DNA of 64,000 nucleotides from Thermoproteota archaeon (GTDB lineage Archaea > Korarchaeota > JAOZGF01 > JAOZFZ01), in NCBI GenBank assembly GCA_027492035.1, contig JAOZFT010000004.1:192001-256000 (forward strand). The letters run 5' to 3'. Made by a program: the position numbers and the translations under genes. The first letter of the stretch is position 1. Each line of letters begins with the position of its first letter. Positions 30,002 through 38,897 of this stretch are shown piece by piece. Below the pieces are notes generated by a model. That model had not been told where the DNA came from, searched no databases, and saw only the letters and a program-made list of their open reading frames with translations.

Positions 30002-30115
30002 ATTAGATGCAGCATCTCACGGAAGAAATTCTCAATTTTTTATTTTCTAGGAAAAAAATTTAAATTTTTACATTTTGTAGGGAACCTATACTTTAGCAGA
30101 GTAAGGTAAAGGGAT

Positions 30116-30754
30116 ATGAATGAGCTTCCTTCTCAAAAAGGCATTTTTGTAACTGTAGATGGGATAGACGGTGCAGGTAGCACTACCATAGCAAAATATA
30201 TAGTTAAATCCCTTAAAAAAAAGGGTTTCAAAGCTATTTACACAAAGGAACCCACAAACACACATATAGGCAAAATTTTAAGGAAAGACCTAGAACTTAA
30301 CTTTTTCTCTCCACAGGTTGAAGCATTACTTTTTGCAGCTGATAGACTGGTTCACCTGAACAAGGAAATAATCCCAGCACTTAAAGACAATTTTATTGTG
30401 GTTTCAGACAGATATGTTGAGTCAAGCATTTGTTACCAATCAGCTCAAGGGATAGACATAAATTGGGTAAAGGAAGTCAACAAATTCGCTTTCAAGCCAC
30501 ATCTAACCCTAATCCTAGATATCTCTCCATCTACTGCAAAAAAAAGAAAGAAAGGGTTTGGGAAAGCGAAATTTGAAAAATTAAAATTTTTAGAGAAGGT
30601 ACGTAAAAACTTCAAAACCAGGGCTTTAAAAGAGGGCTACCTTCTAATAGACGCTGAACAGCCTTTAGAAGAAGTTAAGAAACAAGTAAAAATTCATGTA
30701 CTTACAAAGATTTGGGAGCTAAAAGGACGAAAACCCTCCGCTGGATCATTGTGA
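30116..30754 (+). CDS. tmk: Thymidylate kinase
   Basis: DGIDGAGSTT, TKEPT, LLFAADR, SDRYVESSICYQ. Confidence 0.93.
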   Translation: MNELPSQKGIFVTVDGIDGAGSTTIAKYIVKSLKKKGFKAIYTKEPTNTHIGKILRKDLELNFFSPQVEALLFAADRLVHLNKEIIPALKDNFIVVSDRYVESSICYQSAQGIDINWVKEVNKFAFKPHLTLILDISPSTAKKRKKGFGKAKFEKLKFLEKVRKNFKTRALKEGYLLIDAEQPLEEVKKQVKIHVLTKIWELKGRKPSAGSL

Positions 30755-30771
30755 AACAGTTCAGGGAGGGA

Positions 30772-30899
30772 TGGGGTCGGAGGGATTTGAACCCTCGATC
30801 TACGGGTGCCTTCGAAACAACAGAAACTAATCATCCCTTTTTAGGTCATCGCACCAGTTCTCTGGAGCCCGGCGCCCTACCTGGCTAGGCCACGACCCC
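30772..30899 (-). tRNA. tRNA-Trp(CCA) with 54-nt intron at 37/38 (30808-30861)
   Basis: Acceptor GGGGTCG/CGACCCC, loop CT-CCA-G, T arm GAGGG TTCAAAT CCCTC. Confidence 0.9.
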
Positions 30900-30958
30900 T
30901 ATACTCTCCCAACCCTGCAAAACTTTAAAGTGAATATTCATTTTTAAAAATTACTCTT

Positions 30959-32266
30959 TCATGTTTTCTGTTTAATTGTCCCAGCAGCTTCATCTAAAGT
31001 CATATATCTCTCCTCTCTTGTCTGTAAATCCTTTAACCTTATTACTCCCTCTCTAATTTCTTTTTCACCCAGGAAAACAGCGAATTTGACCCCCATCTTT
31101 AAACATCTTTCTAACTGGGTTGAAAATGATCTCTCCTGCAAATCAAAATCTGCACTTATCCCCTTTCTCCTCAATTTATAGGTCACCTTCCTTGCAAACT
31201 TTCTGAATTCTTTAGCTACAGGTATTACCAAAACCGAAACGCCAGTTTTAGGTAAAGAAATTATCCGCTTCTGTATTAAAAGGGAAGCTAATCTGGAGAC
31301 ACCGATGGAAATTCCTGTTGCAGGTGTAGGTCTCCCTCCAATAGCTTCAACTAAATTATCATACCTTCCTCCGCCGGCAAAACTACTCCCTCCCTTCTCC
31401 AACCTAAACTCAAAAATCAAGCTTGTGTAGTAATCAAGTCCCCGTGCAAGCGTCAAGTCAAACTTGATTTTCCCATTCATTCCCTCATCCAGCAATATTT
31501 TCAGAAACTCCTTTGTTTCTGAAAATCCTGAATCAATACTTCTCTCCTTTTCCTCAAAATGCCTTTCTAAAATATCTATTTTTTCCTCCTCCTCTTCAAC
31601 TTTCCTAAGGTTGTCTGTCAATCTAAAGAAATCTTTCACGGTTTTATGTGATAATCCTGCTTCCAACATTTCTTTTTCAACTTCAACTAAAGGCTTCTTT
31701 TCAATTTTATCCACAGCCCTGCAAGCTGCCAAAAACCTTTCTTCAGATTCGGTTTCTTCACCGAAAAAGGCCTTCAAAATTTTCCTGTTGTTCACCTTCA
31801 CAACGAAGCTTTTCAAACCTAACTCTTCCAAAACAGTTGAAACAGCTAAAACACATTCGGCGTCAGCCTCAACCGATTTAATACCCAAAATATCAACATC
31901 AGCTTGCCAAAACTCCCTCCACCTTTCTCTCGACTTGACTTCCTCATATCTCCAAACAGGGCCAAACGTAAATCTTTTAAAGGGAAGCTTCAAATTCTTC
32001 TTTGACGCTGCAAAACGGGCTAAACCCAAAGTATGGTCGAAACGTAAACCTAACCATCTTCCAGACTTGTCCTGGAAATAATAAATCTCCTCCCTAACTC
32101 CACCTCCTCCCTTACTCTCAAGCAACTCTAAAGCTTCAAAAGAGGGGCTAAACATAGGTTCAAAACCAAATCTCGCAAAAACCTTCCATGCAATACTTAA
32201 AACTTTACTAAAAACAAAACTGTCAGGAGGAACTATATCCCTAGTACCTCGAGGAGGCCTAAACAT
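30959..32266 (-). CDS. hisS: Histidine--tRNA ligase
   Basis: PRGTRD, LRFDHT, VWRYE, REFWQADVD, ARGLDYYT, GGGRYD. Confidence 0.96.
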   Translation of the reverse strand: MFRPPRGTRDIVPPDSFVFSKVLSIAWKVFARFGFEPMFSPSFEALELLESKGGGGVREEIYYFQDKSGRWLGLRFDHTLGLARFAASKKNLKLPFKRFTFGPVWRYEEVKSRERWREFWQADVDILGIKSVEADAECVLAVSTVLEELGLKSFVVKVNNRKILKAFFGEETESEERFLAACRAVDKIEKKPLVEVEKEMLEAGLSHKTVKDFFRLTDNLRKVEEEEEKIDILERHFEEKERSIDSGFSETKEFLKILLDEGMNGKIKFDLTLARGLDYYTSLIFEFRLEKGGSSFAGGGRYDNLVEAIGGRPTPATGISIGVSRLASLLIQKRIISLPKTGVSVLVIPVAKEFRKFARKVTYKLRRKGISADFDLQERSFSTQLERCLKMGVKFAVFLGEKEIREGVIRLKDLQTREERYMTLDEAAGTIKQKT

Positions 32267-32409
32267 AACTAGCACACCTTCAAAAACAAATATGTACAAC
32301 CTAACATTGAAAACTAAATAAATTTAAAAATTAACCACATAAAAAATATCCTTTGACCCTTAAAAATACTCTAAGAAAAAAGATAAAGGTGCATGAGTCT
32401 CTCAAAAAA

Positions 32410-32495
32410 GGGCCCGTAGCGTAGAAAGGAAAACGCACCGGCCTCCTAAAAACAGAGAAAGCCGGAGAACGCGGGTTCAAATCCCGCCGGGCCCG
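32410..32495 (+). tRNA. tRNA-Arg(CCT) with 11-nt intron at 37/38 (32449-32459)
   Basis: Acceptor GGGCCCG/CGGGCCC; anticodon arm CCGGC CT CCT A..A GCCGG. Confidence 0.9.
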
Positions 32496-32511
32496 TTTTT
32501 GAAAGGAAAAA

Positions 32512-32619
32512 GCGGGGGTTGCCGAGCCAGGTCAAAGGCGCCAGTGAAGGGTGAGACTTAAGATCTTTTAAAGAAATCTGGTGAGAAGCTCTTCGTGGGT
32601 TCGAATCCCACCCCCCGCA
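32512..32619 (+). tRNA. tRNA-Leu(TAA) with two introns (30/31: 32545-32555; 37/38: 32563-32575)
   Basis: Acceptor GCGGGGG/CCCCCGC; long variable arm; mature arm CCAGA CT TAA GA TCTGG after removing both inserts. Confidence 0.85.
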
Positions 32620-32641
32620 CTTTTATTTTTTAGCTAGTAAA

Positions 32642-32762
32642 GCCCCGGTAGCTCAAGATTAGGAGATAGAAAACCTCCAATCGGCAAGGCCTGGTGGAGC
32701 GCTGGCTTGGTATTGCAAAATCAAAAAGCCAGTGGTCGCGGGTTCAAATCCCGCCCGGGGCT
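32642..32762 (+). tRNA. tRNA-Thr(GGT) with two introns (14/15: 32656-32688; 37/38: 32713-32726)
   Basis: Acceptor GCCCCGG/CCGGGGC; arm CTGGC TT GGT A..A GCCAG; D-loop insert folds as a BHB-like hairpin. Confidence 0.87.
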
Positions 32763-33607
32763 TTAAACTTTTTACTCCAATAGCGAAAAACCTTTTAGAA
32801 ATTACAGCTTTGTGTCCTTTTTTATACAAGTAATGACATCTATTTTCAAGGATCATTCAGATCATGTAATTCAGGGAATTAAGCATTAAATATTGTGAAG
32901 AGGAGTAAGGAATTAACCTCAAATTTTTTTACTATACCTTCACCGGTGTTTGTCCAGATTCAGGACTGGGAAATATATTATAAGCTTATTAAAATTGTAA
33001 AGATTCTAGGGAACGGTTTCAGTAAAGAAGAAGGATATACAACGTTATTGCCGAGATAGGGGGAAAAATGATTATTCTTCATATGAGGCATTGCGGAAGG
33101 TTTGTAAGCATACACAAACTAAGAAGATTAGAAGTAGGGATAGGTAAGTTGTTGTATTCACTCAATATATTGTTTGAGATATTTGTTAGGGTCATGCGGC
33201 AATTCTATAAAAGAATTTTCTAACGCAACGATAGCTTAAGTGAATCTAGAAAGAAGAGGGAAATAAAAAAATTTATGCTGCCAAAAAATGCTGGAAAATT
33301 TCGCTTGAAAGCTAAGGAAATTTTTCACCGAGTGTAAGTCTAGAAAGAAGTTAGATGCACTAAATGAGTGACAATGCCTCCATTCACGAACCTTCTATAG
33401 TTTGGAGTGTCACTTGACGAAGTTTTGTAAAACTATTTTTGCATTCCACCTAAGGTTTTTCATTTACTGAATTCTCTGTTAAATAGATGTGTACAACTAT
33501 CTAAGCTTAGTCTAGGTGTTGACCACATAACTTTACTGGGATTTTTTTGGGAACAATAACGGTAGAAAATTGCGTTGCAGCTCAAAACTGGGCTATGGAA
33601 AAAACAA

Positions 33608-33680
33608 TGGACCGGGCGGGATTTGAACCCGCGACCACCTGGGTGCAAGCCAGGCATTCTCCCATCTGAACTACCGGCCC
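33608..33680 (-). tRNA. tRNA-Ala(TGC), intronless
   Basis: Full cloverleaf, G3:U70 pair, arm CCTGG CT TGC AC CCAGG. Confidence 0.96.
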
Positions 33681-33854
33681 AAAGTTCTTACGCCACCTTA
33701 AAACTTAGCTTTGGCAAAAACAATTGAAAAATCAGTTGTTACAATCCTCCCAAGTTAAATTCAGTTTTTCCTTTTCAACTTCCTAGTTGCCCCTTTAGTG
33801 TGGTGAGTATTTAAACTTTATCTCTATCCTGGATGCTGAAAATTGATCAGAATT

Positions 33855-33914
33855 GATCAGCACTCAAGATCTTAATCATTGATTGTTTTCTCATCTGGGT
33901 TCGATTCATCATGT
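33855..33914 (-). ncRNA. Box C/D guide sRNA predicted to target tRNA-Leu
   Basis: C box ATGATGA (33912-33906), guide ATCGAACCCAG, D' ATGA, C' ATGATTA, guide AGATCTTGAGTG, D box CTGA (33860-33857). Confidence 0.8.
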
Positions 33915-34032
33915 TAAAAAAAGTCTAGACATACTCTCAATTTTACTGATTTTCATTCCTTTCAACTGTTAAATTTAAATTTTTATCTTTTTTAAAAGAG
34001 AAATGTTGAAGTTTTTAATCGGGGTCTCAATC

Positions 34033-34221
34033 ATGGAAGAGAAGTGTGACGTTGTTGGTTGCAGTGAACCAGCCTTTAAATCTGTTCCGTCATCCTATTT
34101 ACCCCTGTTTGAACAATTAAAAATCAGGGTTGAGGCGAAAAAGAAAAGAATTAAGCTATGCAGGAACCATTATAAAGAAATTAAAAAAATAAGGAGAAAA
34201 GTCCGTAAAACCTTTTTTTAA
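34033..34221 (+). CDS. Small Zn-binding hypothetical protein
   Basis: CDVVGC...LCRNHYK (C-x4-C...C-x2-H). Confidence 0.75.
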   Translation: MEEKCDVVGCSEPAFKSVPSSYLPLFEQLKIRVEAKKKRIKLCRNHYKEIKKIRRKVRKTFF

Positions 34222-34245
34222 TGCACCCAATTAAGAAGGGTTGAG

Positions 34246-35319
34246 TTGGTTGTGGAAATAACTACAAATTTACACAAGATGCAAATTCCTCGGGAAGTTT
34301 GGGTAGGAGATAACATTTTAACAAAAATCAGTGAACTTTGTCTAAGTGTAGGTTTCAAGAAAGGGGCAGTTACGGTTCTTGTTGAAGGAGAGAAAACTAA
34401 GCATGTAGCCGGAAATACAGTAGCTGAATCCTTAAAAAGTTATGGTTTCGAAGTGCACAGGGTTTCAATTAACAAAGCAGATTCGGAAAACATGGAAAAA
34501 ACCTCTAACTTGATACAGGAAGTAAAAGCCACTTTCGCTATAGGAGTAGGGGGAGGTAAAAACATAGATGTAGCAAAAGTTGCTTCTGTCAAAAACAAAA
34601 TTCCGTTCATAAGTGTACCAACAATAGCCTCCCATGACGGAATAACCTCACCAAGAGCCTCAATCAAAAACAACGGCAAACCATACTCCATCCAAGCCCA
34701 AGCTCCAATGGCTATATTAGCAGACATAGAAACAATAAGTAAATCACCTTTTCGCTTCACTGCCGCAGGTTGCGGCGACCTTTTATCAAATTTCACAGCA
34801 ATAAAAGACTGGATCCTCTCCCATAAACTAAGAGGAGAATATTACGGCGCTTACGCTGCATCTCTCTCACTAACGTCAGCTTCGCATATAGTAGAAAATG
34901 CAGAGTTAATCGGGAGCAAAAACAAAGAAGGGGTCAGAATAGTAGTGGAAGGACTCATTGGAAGCGGGGTAGCTATGGCCATAGCTGGTAACAGCAGGCC
35001 AGCAAGTGGATCTGAACATTTATTCAGCCATGCACTAGACACTATAGCCAAAAAACCAGCACTACACGGGGAACAATGCGGCATCGGAACAATAATGATG
35101 ATGTACCTCCACGGAGGAGACTGGAAAAAGATCAGGCAAACACTAACAAAAATAGGGGCACCTACCACGGCAAAACAACTTGGGATAGACGAAGACACAA
35201 TAATAGAGGCGTTATGTCAAGCCCACAAAATAAGACCTGAGAGATACACAATCCTAGGAGAAAAAGGACTAACTAAAACTGCCGCTAAAGAACTCGCAGA
35301 AAAAACGCTCATAATATAA
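34246..35319 (+). CDS. egsA: sn-glycerol-1-phosphate dehydrogenase
   Basis: GVGGGKNIDVAK, PTIASHDGITSP, SRPASGSEHLFSHALD, HGEQCG. Confidence 0.96.
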   Translation: MVVEITTNLHKMQIPREVWVGDNILTKISELCLSVGFKKGAVTVLVEGEKTKHVAGNTVAESLKSYGFEVHRVSINKADSENMEKTSNLIQEVKATFAIGVGGGKNIDVAKVASVKNKIPFISVPTIASHDGITSPRASIKNNGKPYSIQAQAPMAILADIETISKSPFRFTAAGCGDLLSNFTAIKDWILSHKLRGEYYGAYAASLSLTSASHIVENAELIGSKNKEGVRIVVEGLIGSGVAMAIAGNSRPASGSEHLFSHALDTIAKKPALHGEQCGIGTIMMMYLHGGDWKKIRQTLTKIGAPTTAKQLGIDEDTIIEALCQAHKIRPERYTILGEKGLTKTAAKELAEKTLII

Positions 35320-35334
35320 AGAAGGGAGGGGGAA

Positions 35335-36120
35335 GTGAAAGGGAAAATCGAAAGATACCTAGTGGAAGAAATAAAAGAAAAAGGGATTATTCACTTCACA
35401 CTCATAGATCCTGTAAAAACAACCTTGAAAGAATCAGTTAAAATAGCAAAAAATGCAGATAAAGCAGGATCAACAGCTATAATGATAGGGGGAAGCCTAG
35501 GTGTAGAACAAACAATACTGGACCAAACAATAAAAAAAATAAAGGAGAACTGTAAAAAACCAATAATTCTCTTCCCAGGAGGAGTATCAGGGCTCTCCAA
35601 ACATGCAGACGCAATATGGTTCATGTCTTTACTCAACTCAACCAATCCCTACTTTATCATTCATGCCCAAATGAGCGCAGCCCCCATTATCAAATCATTC
35701 AAAATAGAACCAATCCCACTGGCCTACATAATTTTTGAGCCAGGAGAGGCAGCGGGCTACATGGGAATGGCGCACCCTATCCCAAGAAAAAAACCTGAAA
35801 TAGCAGCAGCGTATGCCTTAGCAGCACAATATCTAGGAATAAGATTCTTATATCTAGAAGCAGGCTCAGGGGCATCCCAAACAGTCCCCGAAAAAGCTGT
35901 TAAATTAATAAGAAAAACAGTTAACATACCAATAATAGTAGGAGGAGGAATAAAAACTGAGCAAGACTTTAGGAAATTAGCAAAGGCTGGGGCAGATGCA
36001 ATAGTAACAGGAACCCTAGGAGAAGAAAAAATAAACGAAAATAAACTTGCAAAATACATAAAAATAGCCCAGCTAACAGCTAAAACAACAAAAAACAAAA
36101 CAAACCATAGTAAACTTTAA
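35335..36120 (+). CDS. Geranylgeranylglyceryl phosphate synthase
   Basis: HFTLIDP, IMIGGS, FMSLLNS, YLEAGSGA, IVGGGI, IVTGT. Confidence 0.95.
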   Translation: MKGKIERYLVEEIKEKGIIHFTLIDPVKTTLKESVKIAKNADKAGSTAIMIGGSLGVEQTILDQTIKKIKENCKKPIILFPGGVSGLSKHADAIWFMSLLNSTNPYFIIHAQMSAAPIIKSFKIEPIPLAYIIFEPGEAAGYMGMAHPIPRKKPEIAAAYALAAQYLGIRFLYLEAGSGASQTVPEKAVKLIRKTVNIPIIVGGGIKTEQDFRKLAKAGADAIVTGTLGEEKINENKLAKYIKIAQLTAKTTKNKTNHSKL

Positions 36121-36150
36121 ATACTTTATGTTTACAAAGAAAAAAATGAA

Positions 36151-36235
36151 AGCCCCGTGGTGTAGTGGTCAAGCATGACGGACTCTGGACCAGGGGAGAA
36201 ATCCGTTGACCTCGGTTCGAATCCGAGCGGGGCTA
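36151..36235 (+). tRNA. tRNA-Gln(CTG) with 12-nt intron at 37/38 (36189-36200)
   Basis: Acceptor AGCCCCG/CGGGGCT (A1-U72); arm ACGGA CT CTG G..A TCCGT; BHB helix CTCT/GGAG. Confidence 0.92.
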
Positions 36236-36257
36236 TACATCCTTCTTTTGCTTAATA

Positions 36258-36331
36258 GCCAGGGTAGCTCAGACTGGGAGAGCGCACGGCTGAAGACCGT
36301 GATGTCGCAGGTTCAAATCCTGCCCCTGGCA
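36258..36331 (+). tRNA. tRNA-Phe(GAA), intronless
   Basis: Acceptor GCCAGGG/CCCTGGC; arm CACGG CT GAA GA CCGTG. Confidence 0.96.
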
Positions 36332-36855
36332 TTTCCTTTTTTAAAATAGTTGTTCTTTGTTATAATTGTTACATTGCTTAAAAGACTGCTTTCAGAAGAT
36401 GCGTCAATAGGAAGCTGAAAAACTACAGAAATGGTTAAGAACTGGTTAATATATAACTCAAAGAGTTGTTACTTCTCTGAAAAGGTTCATGAAAAAAGGT
36501 GTTACGTTTGAAAAATTGAGGTCTGTTTTAAGAGTATTGTTTCTGGATACTATTACTCATTGTTTTGGTGATTAAGGGGTTAGAGAGAAGGGCAACTTAA
36601 GGGTTTTTCAAAAAAGTTTAGGTTTTTAAGTGTTAATAATGTCTTTTTGTTTGTTAAGCCATCTTAAAACTACCCTTATGGGTAAAGAAAATCAGAAACA
36701 AAGTTGGGGAAATGTCGCTGTATTTTTCACCCTGTAACCATGTTTAGGCTCTAAGAGGGGTTGGTGTTAATGAAAATGTCAACTATTTTAAATACACTGA
36801 TAATCCTGTAGTGGTTACTTATTGTAAATTGTTTCGCTGCTCAAGGTGTTCAGCA

Positions 36856-37797
36856 TTGGGAAAAGTTCTTGTTGCTTCTCTTGGGGATTGCTGCATAGAT
36901 TTAGTTTTTAAGGTTGCTAAATACCCCCATGAAGGAGAAGAAAGCCAAGTTTTGAGTTTTCAGGAGTCTCTTGGCGGCTCTGCTGCTAATGTCGCTGTAG
37001 CTTTAGCTAGGTTAGGTATTAAATCAGGTTTTCTGGGCAAAATAGGGAAAGATTATTTCGGTGATTTGTTGTTTAAAGCCTTTTTAAGAGAGGGTGTGGA
37101 TACTTCTCAGGTGTATTTTTCGAACAGTAAAAGAACCAACGTAATGGTTATTGTAGTGGGTTCGACGGGTGAAAGGACAATTTTTGCCTATCGGGGAGCT
37201 GCTGTTGAACATAAACCTGAAGAAATAAGCAAGGGTTATATTAGGAAATTAAAACTCCTGCACATTTCTGGTTACTCTTTCCTTGAAAAACCCCAAAGTG
37301 AAGCGGCTAAGAAAGCTGTTTATGTAGCTAAGGAAGAAAGTATCCCCGTTTCACTTGATCTAGGTTACTTTTTAGCTGAAAAAGGCCCTTGTGAAACTAA
37401 GAAAATCCTTAAACTTGTTGACATACTTTTCCCTAACAAAGAAGAGTTGGAACTTATTTCCGGGGAAAGTAGAGTTAGAAAAGCTGCAGAGAAAGTTTTA
37501 GATTGGGGAGTTAAAGTGGTTGTGGTGAAGTTAGGTGGAGAAGGAGCTTTCCTTTCAACTAAAAAAGAACATTTTTATTTACCAAGTTTAAAGGTTAAGG
37601 TTAAGGATACAACTGGGGCTGGTGACGCATTCGATGCCGGTTTCATTTTCGGTTACCTAGAAGGCTACACTTTAAAGGAAAGTCTGAAAATAGCTAATTG
37701 GTGCGCTGCACAGAATGTTCAGAGCATTGGTGCAAGAACAGGGTTACCTTTCAGGGATCAACTAAATGACTTTATTAGGGAGAATTTTAAGCAATAA
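36856..37797 (+). CDS. PfkB-family carbohydrate/nucleoside kinase
   Basis: GGSAANVAVALARLG, DTTGAGDAF; TTG start after AGGTG. Confidence 0.93.
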   Translation: MGKVLVASLGDCCIDLVFKVAKYPHEGEESQVLSFQESLGGSAANVAVALARLGIKSGFLGKIGKDYFGDLLFKAFLREGVDTSQVYFSNSKRTNVMVIVVGSTGERTIFAYRGAAVEHKPEEISKGYIRKLKLLHISGYSFLEKPQSEAAKKAVYVAKEESIPVSLDLGYFLAEKGPCETKKILKLVDILFPNKEELELISGESRVRKAAEKVLDWGVKVVVVKLGGEGAFLSTKKEHFYLPSLKVKVKDTTGAGDAFDAGFIFGYLEGYTLKESLKIANWCAAQNVQSIGARTGLPFRDQLNDFIRENFKQ

Positions 37798-37811
37798 AAA
37801 GGGTTTGGTTT

Positions 37812-38897
37812 CTAAATGGTTTTTATGGGTATAGGTGAACTGTAACTAAATATTGCGCTTACATTCATATGAGGACGTAACTTTTTCTCAAAAATTTTTA
37901 TTGCAGGAACTAATGAAACAACGTTCCCTATTTCAGTTTCCACTATGACTTCAAAAAGTGGGTCTACGTACGATATACTTACTATCTTTCCTTCAAGAAT
38001 ATTCTGACCAGTTATTGTTGGGGCGATTTCTGCGATATCTACATCCTCTGAAGGTAAACCTATCAATATCTCTTCTCCTTCCCTTAAAGGAAAATTTTCT
38101 GCAACTGTTTCACCTAAGTTAACCTTTATTCTACATCCCCCACATTTCAGCATTAAAGAATTGGTTTTAACTTGATTAATTTCACACTTAAACAAGTTCT
38201 TTATTCCCAATATTTCAGCTATTTCTTCATTTTTAGGTTTCCTTTTAACTAGAAACGGAGGACCCTCTAAAATTATTTCTCCTTTATAAAGAATCGCTAT
38301 ATTACTAGCTAAGTAAGCAACTTCCTCGAAATCAGTTGTGGCGTAAACTACTGGTTTTTTAAGCCATGAAAACAATTTCTTCATTTTTAACAAGTAGGTC
38401 CTCTTTAAATAGGCAGGAAACCCCTTCAATGGTTCATCTAGTAAAATGGCGGATGGGTTTGCTGCTACTGCACGTGCAAGTGCTACTTTTAATTTGTTAA
38501 CTCTATTAATGTCTCTGATCTTCTTTCCTTCTAGTCCTTTCAAATTGAATGACCCTATTAACTTCTTCAGAAGTTCTTCCTTAACATTTTTCTTTTCTTT
38601 AATAAGGCTGCTATTTAAAGCGAAGGTTATGTTCTCTCTAACTGTTAAATCTTCAAATAAGCCGTAATTATGTGGTATAAAAACTATTCTTTGCCTTTGG
38701 TGGTTGGGACCTGAGGATCCCTCACTTTCAAATATTACTTCCCCCTTAGATGGCTTAATTAAGCCAGCGATAATCTTCAATAAGGTAGTTTTGCCTGATT
38801 TTTCTTTGCCAAGTAAGCCATAAATCAAATTTGGAATCGACACATTAATCTTCTTTAGCACGTGCTTATGAGAAACTTCAACTAATTTTATTACCAT
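37812..38897 (-). CDS. ABC transporter ATP-binding protein with TOBE domains (ModC/WtpC-like), degenerate motifs
   Basis: GKEKSGKTT, VALARA, LLDEP; TOBE-like C-terminus. Confidence 0.8.
   Translation of the reverse strand: MVIKLVEVSHKHVLKKINVSIPNLIYGLLGKEKSGKTTLLKIIAGLIKPSKGEVIFESEGSSGPNHQRQRIVFIPHNYGLFEDLTVRENITFALNSSLIKEKKNVKEELLKKLIGSFNLKGLEGKKIRDINRVNKLKVALARAVAANPSAILLDEPLKGFPAYLKRTYLLKMKKLFSWLKKPVVYATTDFEEVAYLASNIAILYKGEIILEGPPFLVKRKPKNEEIAEILGIKNLFKCEINQVKTNSLMLKCGGCRIKVNLGETVAENFPLREGEEILIGLPSEDVDIAEIAPTITGQNILEGKIVSISYVDPLFEVIVETEIGNVVSLVPAIKIFEKKLRPHMNVSAIFSYSSPIPIKTI

Noticed and set aside
32659-33657. ORFs 32659-32856 and 33460-33657
   Set aside because: They overlap tRNA-Thr and tRNA-Ala and are translation artifacts
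33841-33860. Tandem 10-mer AATTGATCAG x2 as a CRISPR or repeat array
   Set aside because: Only two adjacent copies with no spacers; it duplicates the 3' end of the C/D sRNA. No CRISPR array was seen anywhere in the window
36332-36855. Second ORB-type origin in the gap after tRNA-Phe
   Set aside because: Composition flips here, but no ORB-like boxes were found; kept only as a skew observation
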